This document shows, piece by piece, positions 15,380 to 24,662 of a DNA stretch of 64,000 nt. The stretch is from the NCBI GenBank assembly GCA_964442455.1, contig CAYTZB010000001.1, positions 85,910 to 149,909 of the forward strand, given 5' to 3'. How positions within the stretch are numbered: position 1 is the stretch's first letter; the number at the start of each line of letters is the position of its first letter. Source of the stretch: an uncultured Gammaproteobacteria bacterium (GTDB taxonomy: Bacteria > Patescibacteriota > Microgenomatia > UBA8517 > JACQJR01). The position numbers and the translations under genes were made by a program. The notes under the pieces were generated by a model. It ran no database searches. It saw only the letters and a list, made by a program, of their open reading frames with translations, and had not been told where the DNA came from.

Positions 15380-16313
15380 CCGCATCACAGAAAACATTTT
15401 ATTCTCTTCCCTTACGACTCTCAGAATTGGTGGGCCCATAAAGTATTTTGCACCTGCAACTACAGAAGAGGAACTATTTCATTTAATTGAAATGGCAAAA
15501 GGGAAGAGCTTGCATTACTTGATTATAGGTGGCGGAAGTAATCTACTCGTATCAGGCGATGGATTTGATGGATTAGTTATTCAAAATCTTATTCAATCAA
15601 TTGAAAAGAAAGACGATGTTTTGGAGGTTGGTGCTGGTACAGATTTGCAAGCCCTTGTATGGTATGCAAATAAAAGTGGAATTTCTGGTTTTGAAAAACT
15701 GGCGGGTATTCCGGGAAGCGTGGGGGGGGCGGTGTATGGGAATGCAGGAGCATATGGACAGGCTATTTCTGACAATGTTTTGTGGATTGAAGTAGGAGAA
15801 CCAAAAGATGGAACAACGAAAAAACTAAAAAGTGAAGAATGTGGATTTGGTTATAGAAAGAGCAAGTTTAAAGAAACAAAAGATTTGATACTACGGATGG
15901 GATTTTCAATTACACCTGGTGACAGTAAGGAGCTTCTCAAAACTTCTCAAGAAATTGTGAAGATGCGAATGCAAAAATATCCTCCGGGTATTGCCTGTCC
16001 GGGAAGCTTTTTTAAGAATGTAGAAGTAGATAAACTTGATAAAGGCATTCTTTCCCGCATTCCAAAAGATAAAATTATGTTTGGGAAAATTCCCGCAGGT
16101 TGGTTGCTTGAAGAAGTTGGGGCAAAGGGAGCAAGAAAAAATGGTGTAGAGATTGCACCGTGGCATGGAAATTTATTTGTGAACCAAGGTGGGGGAAGAG
16201 CAGAAGACTTTTTATATTTAGCAAAAGAATATAGGCAAAAGGTTAAAGAACGGTTTGGTATCGAACTTGAGCCAGAAGTACAGTTGGTTGGATTTAAAGA
16301 GAATATGTTTTAA
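15372..16313 (+). CDS. murB: UDP-N-acetylenolpyruvoylglucosamine reductase MurB
   Basis: FAD-binding pattern LTTLRIGGP...LIIGGGSNLLV and a C-terminal MurB domain. Confidence 0.9.
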   Translation: MNIRITENILFSSLTTLRIGGPIKYFAPATTEEELFHLIEMAKGKSLHYLIIGGGSNLLVSGDGFDGLVIQNLIQSIEKKDDVLEVGAGTDLQALVWYANKSGISGFEKLAGIPGSVGGAVYGNAGAYGQAISDNVLWIEVGEPKDGTTKKLKSEECGFGYRKSKFKETKDLILRMGFSITPGDSKELLKTSQEIVKMRMQKYPPGIACPGSFFKNVEVDKLDKGILSRIPKDKIMFGKIPAGWLLEEVGAKGARKNGVEIAPWHGNLFVNQGGGRAEDFLYLAKEYRQKVKERFGIELEPEVQLVGFKENMF

Positions 16314-16340
16314 TTCGCTTCATGCTACAATTAACACATC

Positions 16341-16991
16341 GTGGAGGCGGCGTATTTTGAACTTAACCCAAAAGGAAGAAATAAGAACGAACTCAAACAC
16401 ATGCTACTTCTTCACGGATGGGGTGTAACGAAGGAAATGTTGCGGCCCTTAGGAAAGCGGTTAGCGCGGTCAGGATGGCATGTGGTGGGGCTTGATTTGC
16501 CTGGATTTGGGAAGACCCCTACCCTAACCTCTGTATGGAATCCTTCTGATTATGTAAAATTTGTGCGAGTATTTGCAAAAAGAGTGTTTGATACTGCTCC
16601 CTTTATTGTGTTTGGTCATTCTTTCGGAGGTAGAATTGCCATACAGTTGGCTGCTACTCGCCGAAAAGATATTCTAGGAGTGGTTTTGTGCGCTCCTGCC
16701 GGCATTTACCGACCTATGGATGTACGACATCTTATTCGCAGGGTAATGCGCCGCACCCGCTGGGAAGATATGAAGCCGCTTTTACCAAAAATTACCGTCC
16801 CCTCTCTTATTCTGTGGGGTAAACAGGACAAGATAACCCCGGTCAGAGGGGCGTATAGTGCGAAAAACTTATTACCCCGCGCACTTCTTAAAATTTTCCC
16901 TTCTATTGGTCATTCACTTCCGTATCGGCGGCCTGCGGCAATCGCGCGCGAAATCACTTTGTGGAGTAAAACGTTCCATGACCACACATAA
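16341..16991 (+). CDS. Alpha/beta-fold hydrolase (short, 216 aa)
   Basis: HGWG oxyanion region, nucleophile elbow GHSFGG, and a C-terminal IGHSLPY histidine. The start is uncertain (GTG 16341 or ATG 16401). Confidence 0.65.
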   Translation: MEAAYFELNPKGRNKNELKHMLLLHGWGVTKEMLRPLGKRLARSGWHVVGLDLPGFGKTPTLTSVWNPSDYVKFVRVFAKRVFDTAPFIVFGHSFGGRIAIQLAATRRKDILGVVLCAPAGIYRPMDVRHLIRRVMRRTRWEDMKPLLPKITVPSLILWGKQDKITPVRGAYSAKNLLPRALLKIFPSIGHSLPYRRPAAIAREITLWSKTFHDHT

Positions 16992-18246
16992 CCAACCTCT
17001 TCCAAGACTGTTACAGTGGTGGGTTACGCCACAGTTACCCTCCCACTACTTTTTTTCGCTTCCTCGCCCTAAGACTGTTGTGAGTATTGCCCGCCATTAT
17101 TTAGTACAACTCCTCGTTCATCCCATTAAAAGAAGGATTGCGAAATATCATGTGAAGTTTTTGCAAACGGTAGGGAGAACACAAGTCATAGGGATTACGG
17201 GAAGCGTGGGTAAAACAACCACAAAAGAGATGATTGCTTCGGTTCTTTCTCAAAAATACAGAACTGTCTCATCTTTGGGAAACATTGATCCGGTGTATAA
17301 CATTCCTACTACAATTCTTACCGCGACGCTACGTACTCAAATGCTTGTCCTTGAAATGGGTGTTGAGTATCCGGGAGATTTAGATTTCTACCTTTGGATA
17401 GTCCAACCTTCGGTTGGAGTGCTCACTAACATTTATTGGACGCATACAGAGTTTTTAGGAGGGATTGAAGGTGTAGCAGCAGAAAAGAGCAAACTCATTC
17501 TCTCTTTGCCAAAAAACGGGTGGGCGGTACTCTGTGGTGATGATAGAAGGGTCGCTGTGTTAAAAAGCGAAACCCGCGCGCGAGTCATAATGATGTATGG
17601 CCGGGGAGCCAAAGAAGAGATACGTGCGGAAGACGTGCGGATTACTAAAGAGCTGCACACAGAGTTTACATTGCATATAGGGGATGATTCAGAGAAAGTT
17701 CAGATGCCCGTCCTCGGCGAGCATTTTGTCTATAGTGCACTTGCTGCAGCCGCAGTAGGGCATACCCAACAGGTACCCATTACCGCTATTAAGCGGGGGC
17801 TTGAAACGTTTACACCACAACCACATCGCATGGTGCCAGTAAAAACTAAAAGCGGTGCACTTCTTTTGGACGATACCTATAACAGCAATCCGCTGGGGGC
17901 AAAGGCAGCGCTTGAAACACTGGTGCAAGTAGGAAAAGATAAAAAGAAAATTGCAGTTTTGGGGGATATGTTGGAGTTAGGCGCCTACACAGAAAAAGGA
18001 CATAAAGAGGTAGGAAGGTGGGCAGCACAAAAGGGCGTCGATATGCTCTTCTGCGTGGGAGAATATGCAAATTTTTTGGCCGAGGGTGCGCTGGAAGGAG
18101 GGATAAAAAAAGAAAATATTGTGTTGTTTTCCAATGGTCGTAGTGTGCTCAAAACACTCAAATCTCTTTTGTCAAAAAACAGCGTAGTGCTGCTTAAAGC
18201 TTCCCGGAAACTCGGCTTTGAACACCTGGTCGAAATCCTCCTTTAA
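16978..18246 (+). CDS. murF: UDP-N-acetylmuramoyl-tripeptide--D-alanyl-D-alanine ligase MurF
   Basis: VIGITGSVGKTTTKEM P-loop, TNIYWTHTEFLG, and DDTYNSNP. ATG 16978 is preferred; the ORF-track start 16858 overlaps the hydrolase. Confidence 0.85.
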   Translation: MTTHNQPLPRLLQWWVTPQLPSHYFFSLPRPKTVVSIARHYLVQLLVHPIKRRIAKYHVKFLQTVGRTQVIGITGSVGKTTTKEMIASVLSQKYRTVSSLGNIDPVYNIPTTILTATLRTQMLVLEMGVEYPGDLDFYLWIVQPSVGVLTNIYWTHTEFLGGIEGVAAEKSKLILSLPKNGWAVLCGDDRRVAVLKSETRARVIMMYGRGAKEEIRAEDVRITKELHTEFTLHIGDDSEKVQMPVLGEHFVYSALAAAAVGHTQQVPITAIKRGLETFTPQPHRMVPVKTKSGALLLDDTYNSNPLGAKAALETLVQVGKDKKKIAVLGDMLELGAYTEKGHKEVGRWAAQKGVDMLFCVGEYANFLAEGALEGGIKKENIVLFSNGRSVLKTLKSLLSKNSVVLLKASRKLGFEHLVEILL

Positions 18247-18266
18247 TAGTGTGGTATAATACCATA

Positions 18267-18455
18267 ATGGCTCTTGCAATGGACAAAGTTTCAATAAATG
18301 AGCTAATTGCTTTATTCACCCAAAAAGGCGGTCGCATCCATAAGTATTATCTTCAAAACCCACAAAAAAGCAGGCAAACCCTGGTTCATTTAAACGGGTG
18401 GTTTAGTGGACACAATATCCGCGAAGCAATTTTAAGAGCCCTCGCAGGTCAGTAA
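18267..18455 (+). CDS. Small hypothetical protein (62 aa), apparently leaderless
   Basis: TGgTATAAT (TATAAT 18255-18260) lies 6 nt before ATG 18267. No motif recognised. Confidence 0.35.
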   Translation: MALAMDKVSINELIALFTQKGGRIHKYYLQNPQKSRQTLVHLNGWFSGHNIREAILRALAGQ

Positions 18456-18534
18456 AAAAAGTTTCCAATTTTTGCTTCTTGGTAGGCATTTCGTGTACAA
18501 TAAAAATGTACACTTGTAGTGAGCGTGTCGAACT

Positions 18535-19791
18535 ATGGCTCAGCTGAGAATTACCGGTGGAAAACCCCTCAAAGGGAAAATTCAGGTTGCAGGAAACAAG
18601 AATTCAGTCTTGCCTCTTATGGCTGCCTCTTTGGTTGTTAACGGGCCGGTTACCTTAACCAATGTTCCTCATCTTAGAGATGTTGTGTTGATGGCAGAAA
18701 TAATCAAGGGTTTGGGTGGGGAAGTGAGAGGGGTTGGAACAAGTAAACTTGTGATTGATCCAGCTGGTCTTTCTTCCTGGGAGCCTAACCCAGAACTTGT
18801 ATGTAAATTTAGAGGGTCAGTGCTCCTTATTGCGCCACTCCTTGCTCGCTTTGGAAAAGTGCGTATTGCTACTCCTGGTGGCGATTCAATTGGTGAACGG
18901 CTTCTTGATACTCATTTTGAATTACTCTCTGCATTTGGTGTATCAGTGAAAGAGATAAACGGAAACTATGATTTGAAAGGCAGGGCCAAACAGGCGTCGC
19001 TTTTTTTGGATGAAGCCTCCGTTACCACAACGGAATTGGGGCTTATGATTGCAGCGACATTGCCTGGTAAAACGGTTATAGAGGATGCAGCTGCTGAGCC
19101 CCACGTTCAAGATTTAGCTTTATTTCTCACAAAAGCTGGTGCGACAATTGCCGGTAGCGGGACAAACACGCTTAGTATTCAAGGAAAGAAAAATCTTTCA
19201 AGTGTCACTCACCGTGTGCGTGATGATCACATTGAGGCAGGCACATTTGCAATTGCGACAGCAATTACTGGCGGACACGTGCAGATTGTTGGAGCACACG
19301 AGGAGGATCTTAAAATGACACTTGCTTACCTTTCCCATATGGGGGTGGAGTGGAAAATTAAGGATAACTCGCTTGAAATACTTCCCAGTGAACTTGTTGC
19401 AACTCGCAAAACGTTTCAAACCCGCCCATGGCCTGGTTTTCCTACAGATTTAATGAGCCATTTTATAGTATTAGCAACACAAACAAAAGGAACAGTTCTG
19501 TGCCATGATTGGATGTTTGAATGGCGTATATTTTTCGTTGATCATTTAATTAGGATGGGAGCAAATATTACTATTGCCGATCCCCACAGAATAATTGTGA
19601 CCGGTCCGACCAAACTTCACGCAGAAGTGATTCCTACCACTGACATTAGGGCTGGGGCAGCTCTGGTTTTAGCGGCGCTGGCGGCACGTGGCGAATCAAC
19701 GATTGAACATGCGGAGATTATCGAGCGGGGATATGAGGATTTGGATGGAAGGTTGGCAAAACTAGGAGCGGAAATTAAAAAAGTAGAATAG
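18535..19791 (+). CDS. murA: UDP-N-acetylglucosamine 1-carboxyvinyltransferase MurA
   Basis: LRITGGKPLKGKIQVAGNKNSVLPLMAASL at the N-terminus and an EPSP-synthase-like fold over the full length. Its location inside the dcw cluster is unusual. Confidence 0.9.
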   Translation: MAQLRITGGKPLKGKIQVAGNKNSVLPLMAASLVVNGPVTLTNVPHLRDVVLMAEIIKGLGGEVRGVGTSKLVIDPAGLSSWEPNPELVCKFRGSVLLIAPLLARFGKVRIATPGGDSIGERLLDTHFELLSAFGVSVKEINGNYDLKGRAKQASLFLDEASVTTTELGLMIAATLPGKTVIEDAAAEPHVQDLALFLTKAGATIAGSGTNTLSIQGKKNLSSVTHRVRDDHIEAGTFAIATAITGGHVQIVGAHEEDLKMTLAYLSHMGVEWKIKDNSLEILPSELVATRKTFQTRPWPGFPTDLMSHFIVLATQTKGTVLCHDWMFEWRIFFVDHLIRMGANITIADPHRIIVTGPTKLHAEVIPTTDIRAGAALVLAALAARGESTIEHAEIIERGYEDLDGRLAKLGAEIKKVE

Positions 19792-19793
19792 CT

Positions 19794-19848
19794 AAATGGC
19801 TGGATGGTCAAATGGTTAACAATTAGCCATGTAACCATTTTAACCATT
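19794..19848. repeat. Imperfect palindrome of AATGG / CCATT units followed by a T-run (element E2; possible murA terminator)
   Basis: AAATGGTTA (19810-19818) pairs with TAACCATTT (19832-19840). Outer AATGG/CCATT units are also present, and T8 follows at about 19852-19859. Confidence 0.5.
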
Positions 19849-19859
19849 AAATTTTTTTT

Positions 19860-20900
19860 ATGGCTTTATCTCTAGGACTACTTATTTTTTCATTCATTAT
19901 CACCGGGATTCTAATTATCCCGTTTATTAATCTCCTTTATCGGTTGAAATTTACCCGCAAAGTTGAGGCACCGAAAGGAAAAAAGAAAGTCTCCCTTTTC
20001 GACGTGATGCATGATTGGAAGGCGGGAACACCGGTTGGAGGAGGAATTCTCATTATTGGAGTCGTGTCTCTCCTTTTTCTTTTTATTTTTCCTTTCGTTG
20101 TCTACTTTGGCCTTCGGGTAAACAGCGCGTATCCCTTGCCAGACGAATTGCGTATTATTTTTCTCACCTTTGTTGCGTTTGGGATGCTGGGATTTTATGA
20201 TGATTTGATTAAGTTTTTCGGCAAACCAAAAGCAGGGCAACTGGGGCATATTTTTGGTCTTCCCCGACGATGGAAATTTTTTCTTCAATGGATTATCGCC
20301 CTCACTATTGGATTTTTACTCTGGGGTCGGTTGGGGATTGATATCGTATATATCCCCATCGTTGATTTTGTGATACATCTTTCGTGGTGGTATGTTGTAT
20401 TTGCAGCGTTCATAGTTGTGGCATTTACCAACGCGGTGAATATCACAGATGGGTTAGATGGTTTGGTGGGTGGACTTCTTGTTATATGCCTTTTTGCATT
20501 TTGGATTATTGCCTCATCAGTGATTGACACTCCGCTTTCAGTATTTATTCCTCTTTGGATTGGTGCACTTTTTGCGTTTTTGTATTTTAATGTCTGGCCC
20601 GCACGTATTTGGATGGGAGATGCGGGAGCGCTTGCATTTGGTGCAACGCTTGCGGTAATTGGACTTTTAACCGGAAAGATTTTTACACTTCTTGTTATTG
20701 GGGCGATATTTGTGGCTGAAGTTGTCTCAAGTTCGATACAGATTTTTGGATGGAAGGTGTTCAAACGTCCTATTTTTCGAATTGCACCCTTTCATTTATT
20801 ACTCCAGTCAATCGGGTGGGAAGAGCCGAAAATTGTGATGCGGGCGTGGCTTGCTGGAGCAATGCTTGCAATATTTGGATTATGGTTGGCGTTTATATGA
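19860..20900 (+). CDS. mraY: Phospho-N-acetylmuramoyl-pentapeptide transferase MraY
   Basis: Polytopic membrane protein with NAVNITDGLDGL and the W/GDAGALAFG motif. Confidence 0.9.
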   Translation: MALSLGLLIFSFIITGILIIPFINLLYRLKFTRKVEAPKGKKKVSLFDVMHDWKAGTPVGGGILIIGVVSLLFLFIFPFVVYFGLRVNSAYPLPDELRIIFLTFVAFGMLGFYDDLIKFFGKPKAGQLGHIFGLPRRWKFFLQWIIALTIGFLLWGRLGIDIVYIPIVDFVIHLSWWYVVFAAFIVVAFTNAVNITDGLDGLVGGLLVICLFAFWIIASSVIDTPLSVFIPLWIGALFAFLYFNVWPARIWMGDAGALAFGATLAVIGLLTGKIFTLLVIGAIFVAEVVSSSIQIFGWKVFKRPIFRIAPFHLLLQSIGWEEPKIVMRAWLAGAMLAIFGLWLAFI

Positions 20901-21087
20901 TTAATTGGGAAGCTTCGGCAACACTTTTTTCGAAACCGCTCGGCGTACGTGTGGGTGGAATAGTTCGTATGCTCCGAGCGCCTCGCTTGGATCCGCTCAA
21001 GACACCGTACTTACAAGAAAGTGATTGCCTTCTTCATCTGTCTTTCGCTCTACATTTCTCAAAAAGGTTGCCTTCGCTTTCTTAAAC

Positions 21088-22455
21088 ATGGATTTTTCAA
21101 ACAAAAATGTCGCCATCATTGGGGCAGGTTTAGAGGGTAAAGATGTCCTGCGATTTTTGAGTAAGAAGGGCGCAAAAATTACGGTTTTTGATCAAAAAGA
21201 AAAAGAAGAACTGGACTTATCTGACGTAGAAAAAATTCCCGCTCAATTTATAACCGGCCCTGGCTATCTTGATAGAGGACTACGCAACTTCGACTATATT
21301 GTTCGTTCTCCAGGAGTAAGACCTGATTTACCCCAAATAGTAGATGCGGAAAAGGGTGGTACAGAAATAACAAGCGCCATCAACATATTCTTTTCTTTTA
21401 GTCCTGCTTCTGCTATTGGTGTGACCGGAACAAAAGGAAAGGGGACAACGGCAACGCTCGTGGCAAAGTGTCTAGAATCAAACCTGCCTGCGCAGACAGG
21501 TGGCAAGACCGTGTACTTGGCTGGTAATATTGGAACTCCTTATCTTGAACTTTTAGAAAAATTAAAATCTAGCGATACTGTTGTTCTTGAACTTTCTTCT
21601 TTTCAACTCCTCGATATTAAAAAATCTCCTCATATTGCAGTGGTATTAAACATTACGACCGATCACCTTGATTGGCACAAAGACAGAGAGGAGTACGTCC
21701 GAGCAAAAGAGAATATTGTGAGGTTTCAAACGCAAAAAGATTACGCGGTGTTAATCAAAGATTACGAAACGCCTGCCAGTTTTGCTCAAAAAACAAAAGC
21801 TCAAGTTTGCTGGGCGAGTGCAAAAGAGCAGGTGAGGGGAGTGTATGTATTGCATGGAAAAATTGTCGTGAATATTGATAAGAAAGAAGAGGTAGGTTCT
21901 GTAGATAAACTGTTGCTTCGGGGGCGACATAATTGGGAAAATGTGACAGCGGCTGCATGTGCTTCGTACTTGGCTGGGGCAACAGTGGAAGGGATAAGAA
22001 AAGGAGTCTTTTCATTTAAAGGACTCCCCCATCGTCTGGAGTTGGTTGGAACCTATAATGGAATTACTTTCTATAACGACTCGTTTGCTACAAGTCCTGC
22101 TCCAGTTTTAGCAGCTGTTGCCAGCTTTACCGAGCCGGTAATTTTAATTTTGGGTGGCTCAAGTAAAGGGCTCTCATACGACGAATTTGGGAAAGAATTG
22201 GCGAATAAAAAACAAGTAAAAGCGGTTCTTATTATTGGAGAAGTAGGCCCAGAAATACAAAAAGCGCTGGAGGTTGGTGGATTTACTGGAAAAATAGTGG
22301 TCGGTGGAAAGAATATGGTTGAGATTGTACAGAATGCGATTACCCTTGCCCAGACTGGTGACGTGGTACTCCTCTCCCCAGCTGCTGCGTCGTTTGATAT
22401 GTTCCGAGATTACAAAGACAGAGGGGAACAGTTTAAGGAAGTCGTAACCCAATAA
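21088..22455 (+). CDS. murD: UDP-N-acetylmuramoylalanine--D-glutamate ligase MurD
   Basis: N-terminal Rossmann NVAIIGAGLEGK, P-loop GVTGTKGKGTT, and NITTDHLDWH. ATG 21088 is preferred over the ORF-track start 21025. Confidence 0.9.
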   Translation: MDFSNKNVAIIGAGLEGKDVLRFLSKKGAKITVFDQKEKEELDLSDVEKIPAQFITGPGYLDRGLRNFDYIVRSPGVRPDLPQIVDAEKGGTEITSAINIFFSFSPASAIGVTGTKGKGTTATLVAKCLESNLPAQTGGKTVYLAGNIGTPYLELLEKLKSSDTVVLELSSFQLLDIKKSPHIAVVLNITTDHLDWHKDREEYVRAKENIVRFQTQKDYAVLIKDYETPASFAQKTKAQVCWASAKEQVRGVYVLHGKIVVNIDKKEEVGSVDKLLLRGRHNWENVTAAACASYLAGATVEGIRKGVFSFKGLPHRLELVGTYNGITFYNDSFATSPAPVLAAVASFTEPVILILGGSSKGLSYDEFGKELANKKQVKAVLIIGEVGPEIQKALEVGGFTGKIVVGGKNMVEIVQNAITLAQTGDVVLLSPAAASFDMFRDYKDRGEQFKEVVTQ

Positions 22456-22469
22456 CTTAAAGCAGATCA

Positions 22470-23585
22470 ATGAAAAAAAATATTGTTTTGAAAACACAGC
22501 AGAGTAAAGTAGATAAAGTACTTTTAATTTTACCTATAGTCTTGACAATAGTTGGTCTTGTCATGATGACCAACGCGTCAGTTGCCCAAGCGCAAAATTT
22601 ATTCGGTGATAAGTTTTTTTTCGCAAAGCAACAGCTTATGTGGGCGGCCCTTGGCCTCGTAGGTTTTTTTATTGCCGCACGAATTCCCTTTTCTCTCTGG
22701 GAAAAAATTGCAACCCCTCTTTTCTGGCTTACTGTTGTTGCGCTAGCGCTCGTTCTTGTGCCAGCAGTTGGTACCATGGCGCTTGGTGCACGACGCTGGA
22801 TAACACTTGGACAGTTTAGCCTCCAGCCGGCAGAGATTGCAAAACTTACCTCTATTCTTTACTTTTCTCGCTTATTCACGAAACAGCAGGTTTTAGGTTG
22901 GACTCATGTGTTTACTTTTCTTTTCGCAGTAACCCTCGCTGGTGGTCTGATAGTTGTAGAACCTGATTTGGGTACCAGTGTTGTCATTGGTGTGACTTCG
23001 TTTGTACTGTTCTTTGTAAGTGGAGTACCGCTAACCCTTTTTATTGCACTTATCCCTCTCCTTGTGGGAGTTACGTTGCTGCTCTCCCTTTCTTCTTCTT
23101 ATCGAAAACAGCGTCTCCTTTCTTTTCTTTCCGGTGTGTTTGATCCGTTCCAGGCTTCCTATCATGTAAAGCAGGTCCTGCTTGCTGTTGCGTCTGGGGG
23201 CTTATTTGGAGTAGGATTAGGGGAGAGCAGACAAAAGTTTCTCTTCTTGCCAGAGGCAGCAACTGATTCAATTTTTGCAGTTATTGCTGAAGAAACAGGG
23301 TTTGTTGGATCGCTCTTTGTTATCTTCCTGTTCGTTGTTCTTGTCGCACGTATATTTGTTGTTGCACAGGGAGTGGGGGTTGACTTTGCGAAGTTGGTAG
23401 CGGTAGGCATTGGGACATGGATTGGAGTGCAGGCACTGGTTAATATTGCGGCAATGACTGCCACCCTTCCCTTAACCGGTATTCCACTCCCCTTTTTCTC
23501 GTATGGTGGGTCGTCTCTTTTTGTAACCCTTTTCGCACTGGGGATTGTGGTAAATATTTCAAAAATGAGGATGCTCAAGCGATGA
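22470..23585 (+). CDS. ftsW: SEDS-family peptidoglycan glycosyltransferase FtsW
   Basis: Roughly 10 TM helices. SEDS motifs QPAEIAKL, EPDLGT, LPEAATDSIFAVIAEETGF and PLPFFSYGGSS are present. Conserved dcw position. Confidence 0.85.
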   Translation: MKKNIVLKTQQSKVDKVLLILPIVLTIVGLVMMTNASVAQAQNLFGDKFFFAKQQLMWAALGLVGFFIAARIPFSLWEKIATPLFWLTVVALALVLVPAVGTMALGARRWITLGQFSLQPAEIAKLTSILYFSRLFTKQQVLGWTHVFTFLFAVTLAGGLIVVEPDLGTSVVIGVTSFVLFFVSGVPLTLFIALIPLLVGVTLLLSLSSSYRKQRLLSFLSGVFDPFQASYHVKQVLLAVASGGLFGVGLGESRQKFLFLPEAATDSIFAVIAEETGFVGSLFVIFLFVVLVARIFVVAQGVGVDFAKLVAVGIGTWIGVQALVNIAAMTATLPLTGIPLPFFSYGGSSLFVTLFALGIVVNISKMRMLKR

Positions 23586-24661
23586 GAAAGAAAACGTTAC
23601 TCGTTGTCGGAGGACATCTTACACCCGCACTGGCAGTTATTGAGCAAATACGTCGTACCACAGACTGGAATATTTCGTGGGTTGGCCGGAAATTTGCAAT
23701 GGAGGGAATGGAAGTTCATTCTTTGGAATATGAAATCATACCAAAGCTTGGTATTCCCTTTTACACGCTTCACACCGGGCGCCTCCAGAGAAGATGGACC
23801 CGTTGGACTGTCCCCTCATTCGCCCGCATTCCTCTTGGATTTCTTCAAGCTTTCTTTCTTCTTATTAAAGTCAAACCTCGTGTTATCCTTTCATTTGGTG
23901 GATACCTTTCTCCCCCTGTGGTAATTGCGGGATGGGTACTCTCTATTCCTTCGGTGGTGCATGAACAGACGGCAGCTTCAGGTTTAAGTAATCGAATTGT
24001 ATCCCCTTTTGCCCGTGTGATTGCACTCTCCTACCATACTAGTGCTCCCGAGTTTCCCCATGAGAAAACAGTATTGACAGGCAATCCGGTAAGGCGCGAA
24101 ATTCTTGAGATAAAAAGAAGGCGTACCCGCCCCCAGCTTATTTTTATTACCGGAGGAAATCAGGGTTCGCAAACGATTAATCGAGCAGTTGAGCGAATAC
24201 TCCCTAAGCTTGCTGCTCGCTACCGTGTCATTCATCAAACAGGGACACTTGATTACAAAAAATTTGTAACCAAACAGCGGCGCTACTCATCTCGCTACCG
24301 AGTTTATGCAAATTTGGCACCTTCTGAGATTCCTAACATATTGGCTCGTGCATCGCTTGTTGTGGGTAGAGCGGGAGCAAATACGGTCGCTGAGGTTGCA
24401 GCGGTTGGGGTGCCCACAATTTTTATTCCTATTCCGTGGAGTGAGCGAGGGGAACAGGTGAAAAACGCGCAGCTTCTCTCCTCAGCAGGTCTTGCACGCG
24501 TAATTCTTCAAGAACAACTAACACCCGAGCTTTTACTTTCGACCATTGAGGAGATTTTGCACGCTCCTGTCTCACGGAGCGCTGTGCGTGCTGCAAAAAA
24601 ACTGGTCCAAAAAGATGCAGCCGAAAAGCTAGTGGATCTGGTCAAGAAATATATGGAATGA
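23582..24661 (+). CDS. murG: UDP-N-acetylglucosamine--N-acetylmuramyl-(pentapeptide) pyrophosphoryl-undecaprenol GlcNAc transferase MurG
   Basis: GGHLTPALAV N-terminal glycine-rich motif, HEQTAASGLSNR, and C-terminal GRAGANTVAE. There is a 4-nt overlap with ftsW. Confidence 0.9.
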   Translation: MRKKTLLVVGGHLTPALAVIEQIRRTTDWNISWVGRKFAMEGMEVHSLEYEIIPKLGIPFYTLHTGRLQRRWTRWTVPSFARIPLGFLQAFFLLIKVKPRVILSFGGYLSPPVVIAGWVLSIPSVVHEQTAASGLSNRIVSPFARVIALSYHTSAPEFPHEKTVLTGNPVRREILEIKRRRTRPQLIFITGGNQGSQTINRAVERILPKLAARYRVIHQTGTLDYKKFVTKQRRYSSRYRVYANLAPSEIPNILARASLVVGRAGANTVAEVAAVGVPTIFIPIPWSERGEQVKNAQLLSSAGLARVILQEQLTPELLLSTIEEILHAPVSRSAVRAAKKLVQKDAAEKLVDLVKKYME

Positions 24662-24662
24662 G

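Noticed and set aside
16858-16977. ORF-track extension of murF, with similar extensions for murD (21025-21087), murE (12442-12471), rodA, rplU, recO and glyQS.
   Set aside because: The extensions overlap upstream genes or promoter elements and add non-homologous residues. Internal ATGs give canonical N-termini.
20285-20764. Long antisense or alternate-frame ORFs inside real genes, e.g. 764-1261(-), 20285-20764(-), 23162-23578(-), 26228-26614(-), 36817-37470(-), 45417-45807(-), 57243-57584(+), 62947-63300(-), 48487-48801(+).
   Set aside because: They lie entirely within well-supported genes on the opposite strand or in another frame, have biased low-complexity composition, and carry no signals. 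These are typical shadow ORFs.
20750-21085. 111-aa ORF spanning the mraY 3' end and the mraY-murD spacer.
   Set aside because: It is out of frame over mraY, with no start context and no recognisable motif. The spacer is better explained as non-coding (see the hairpin finding).
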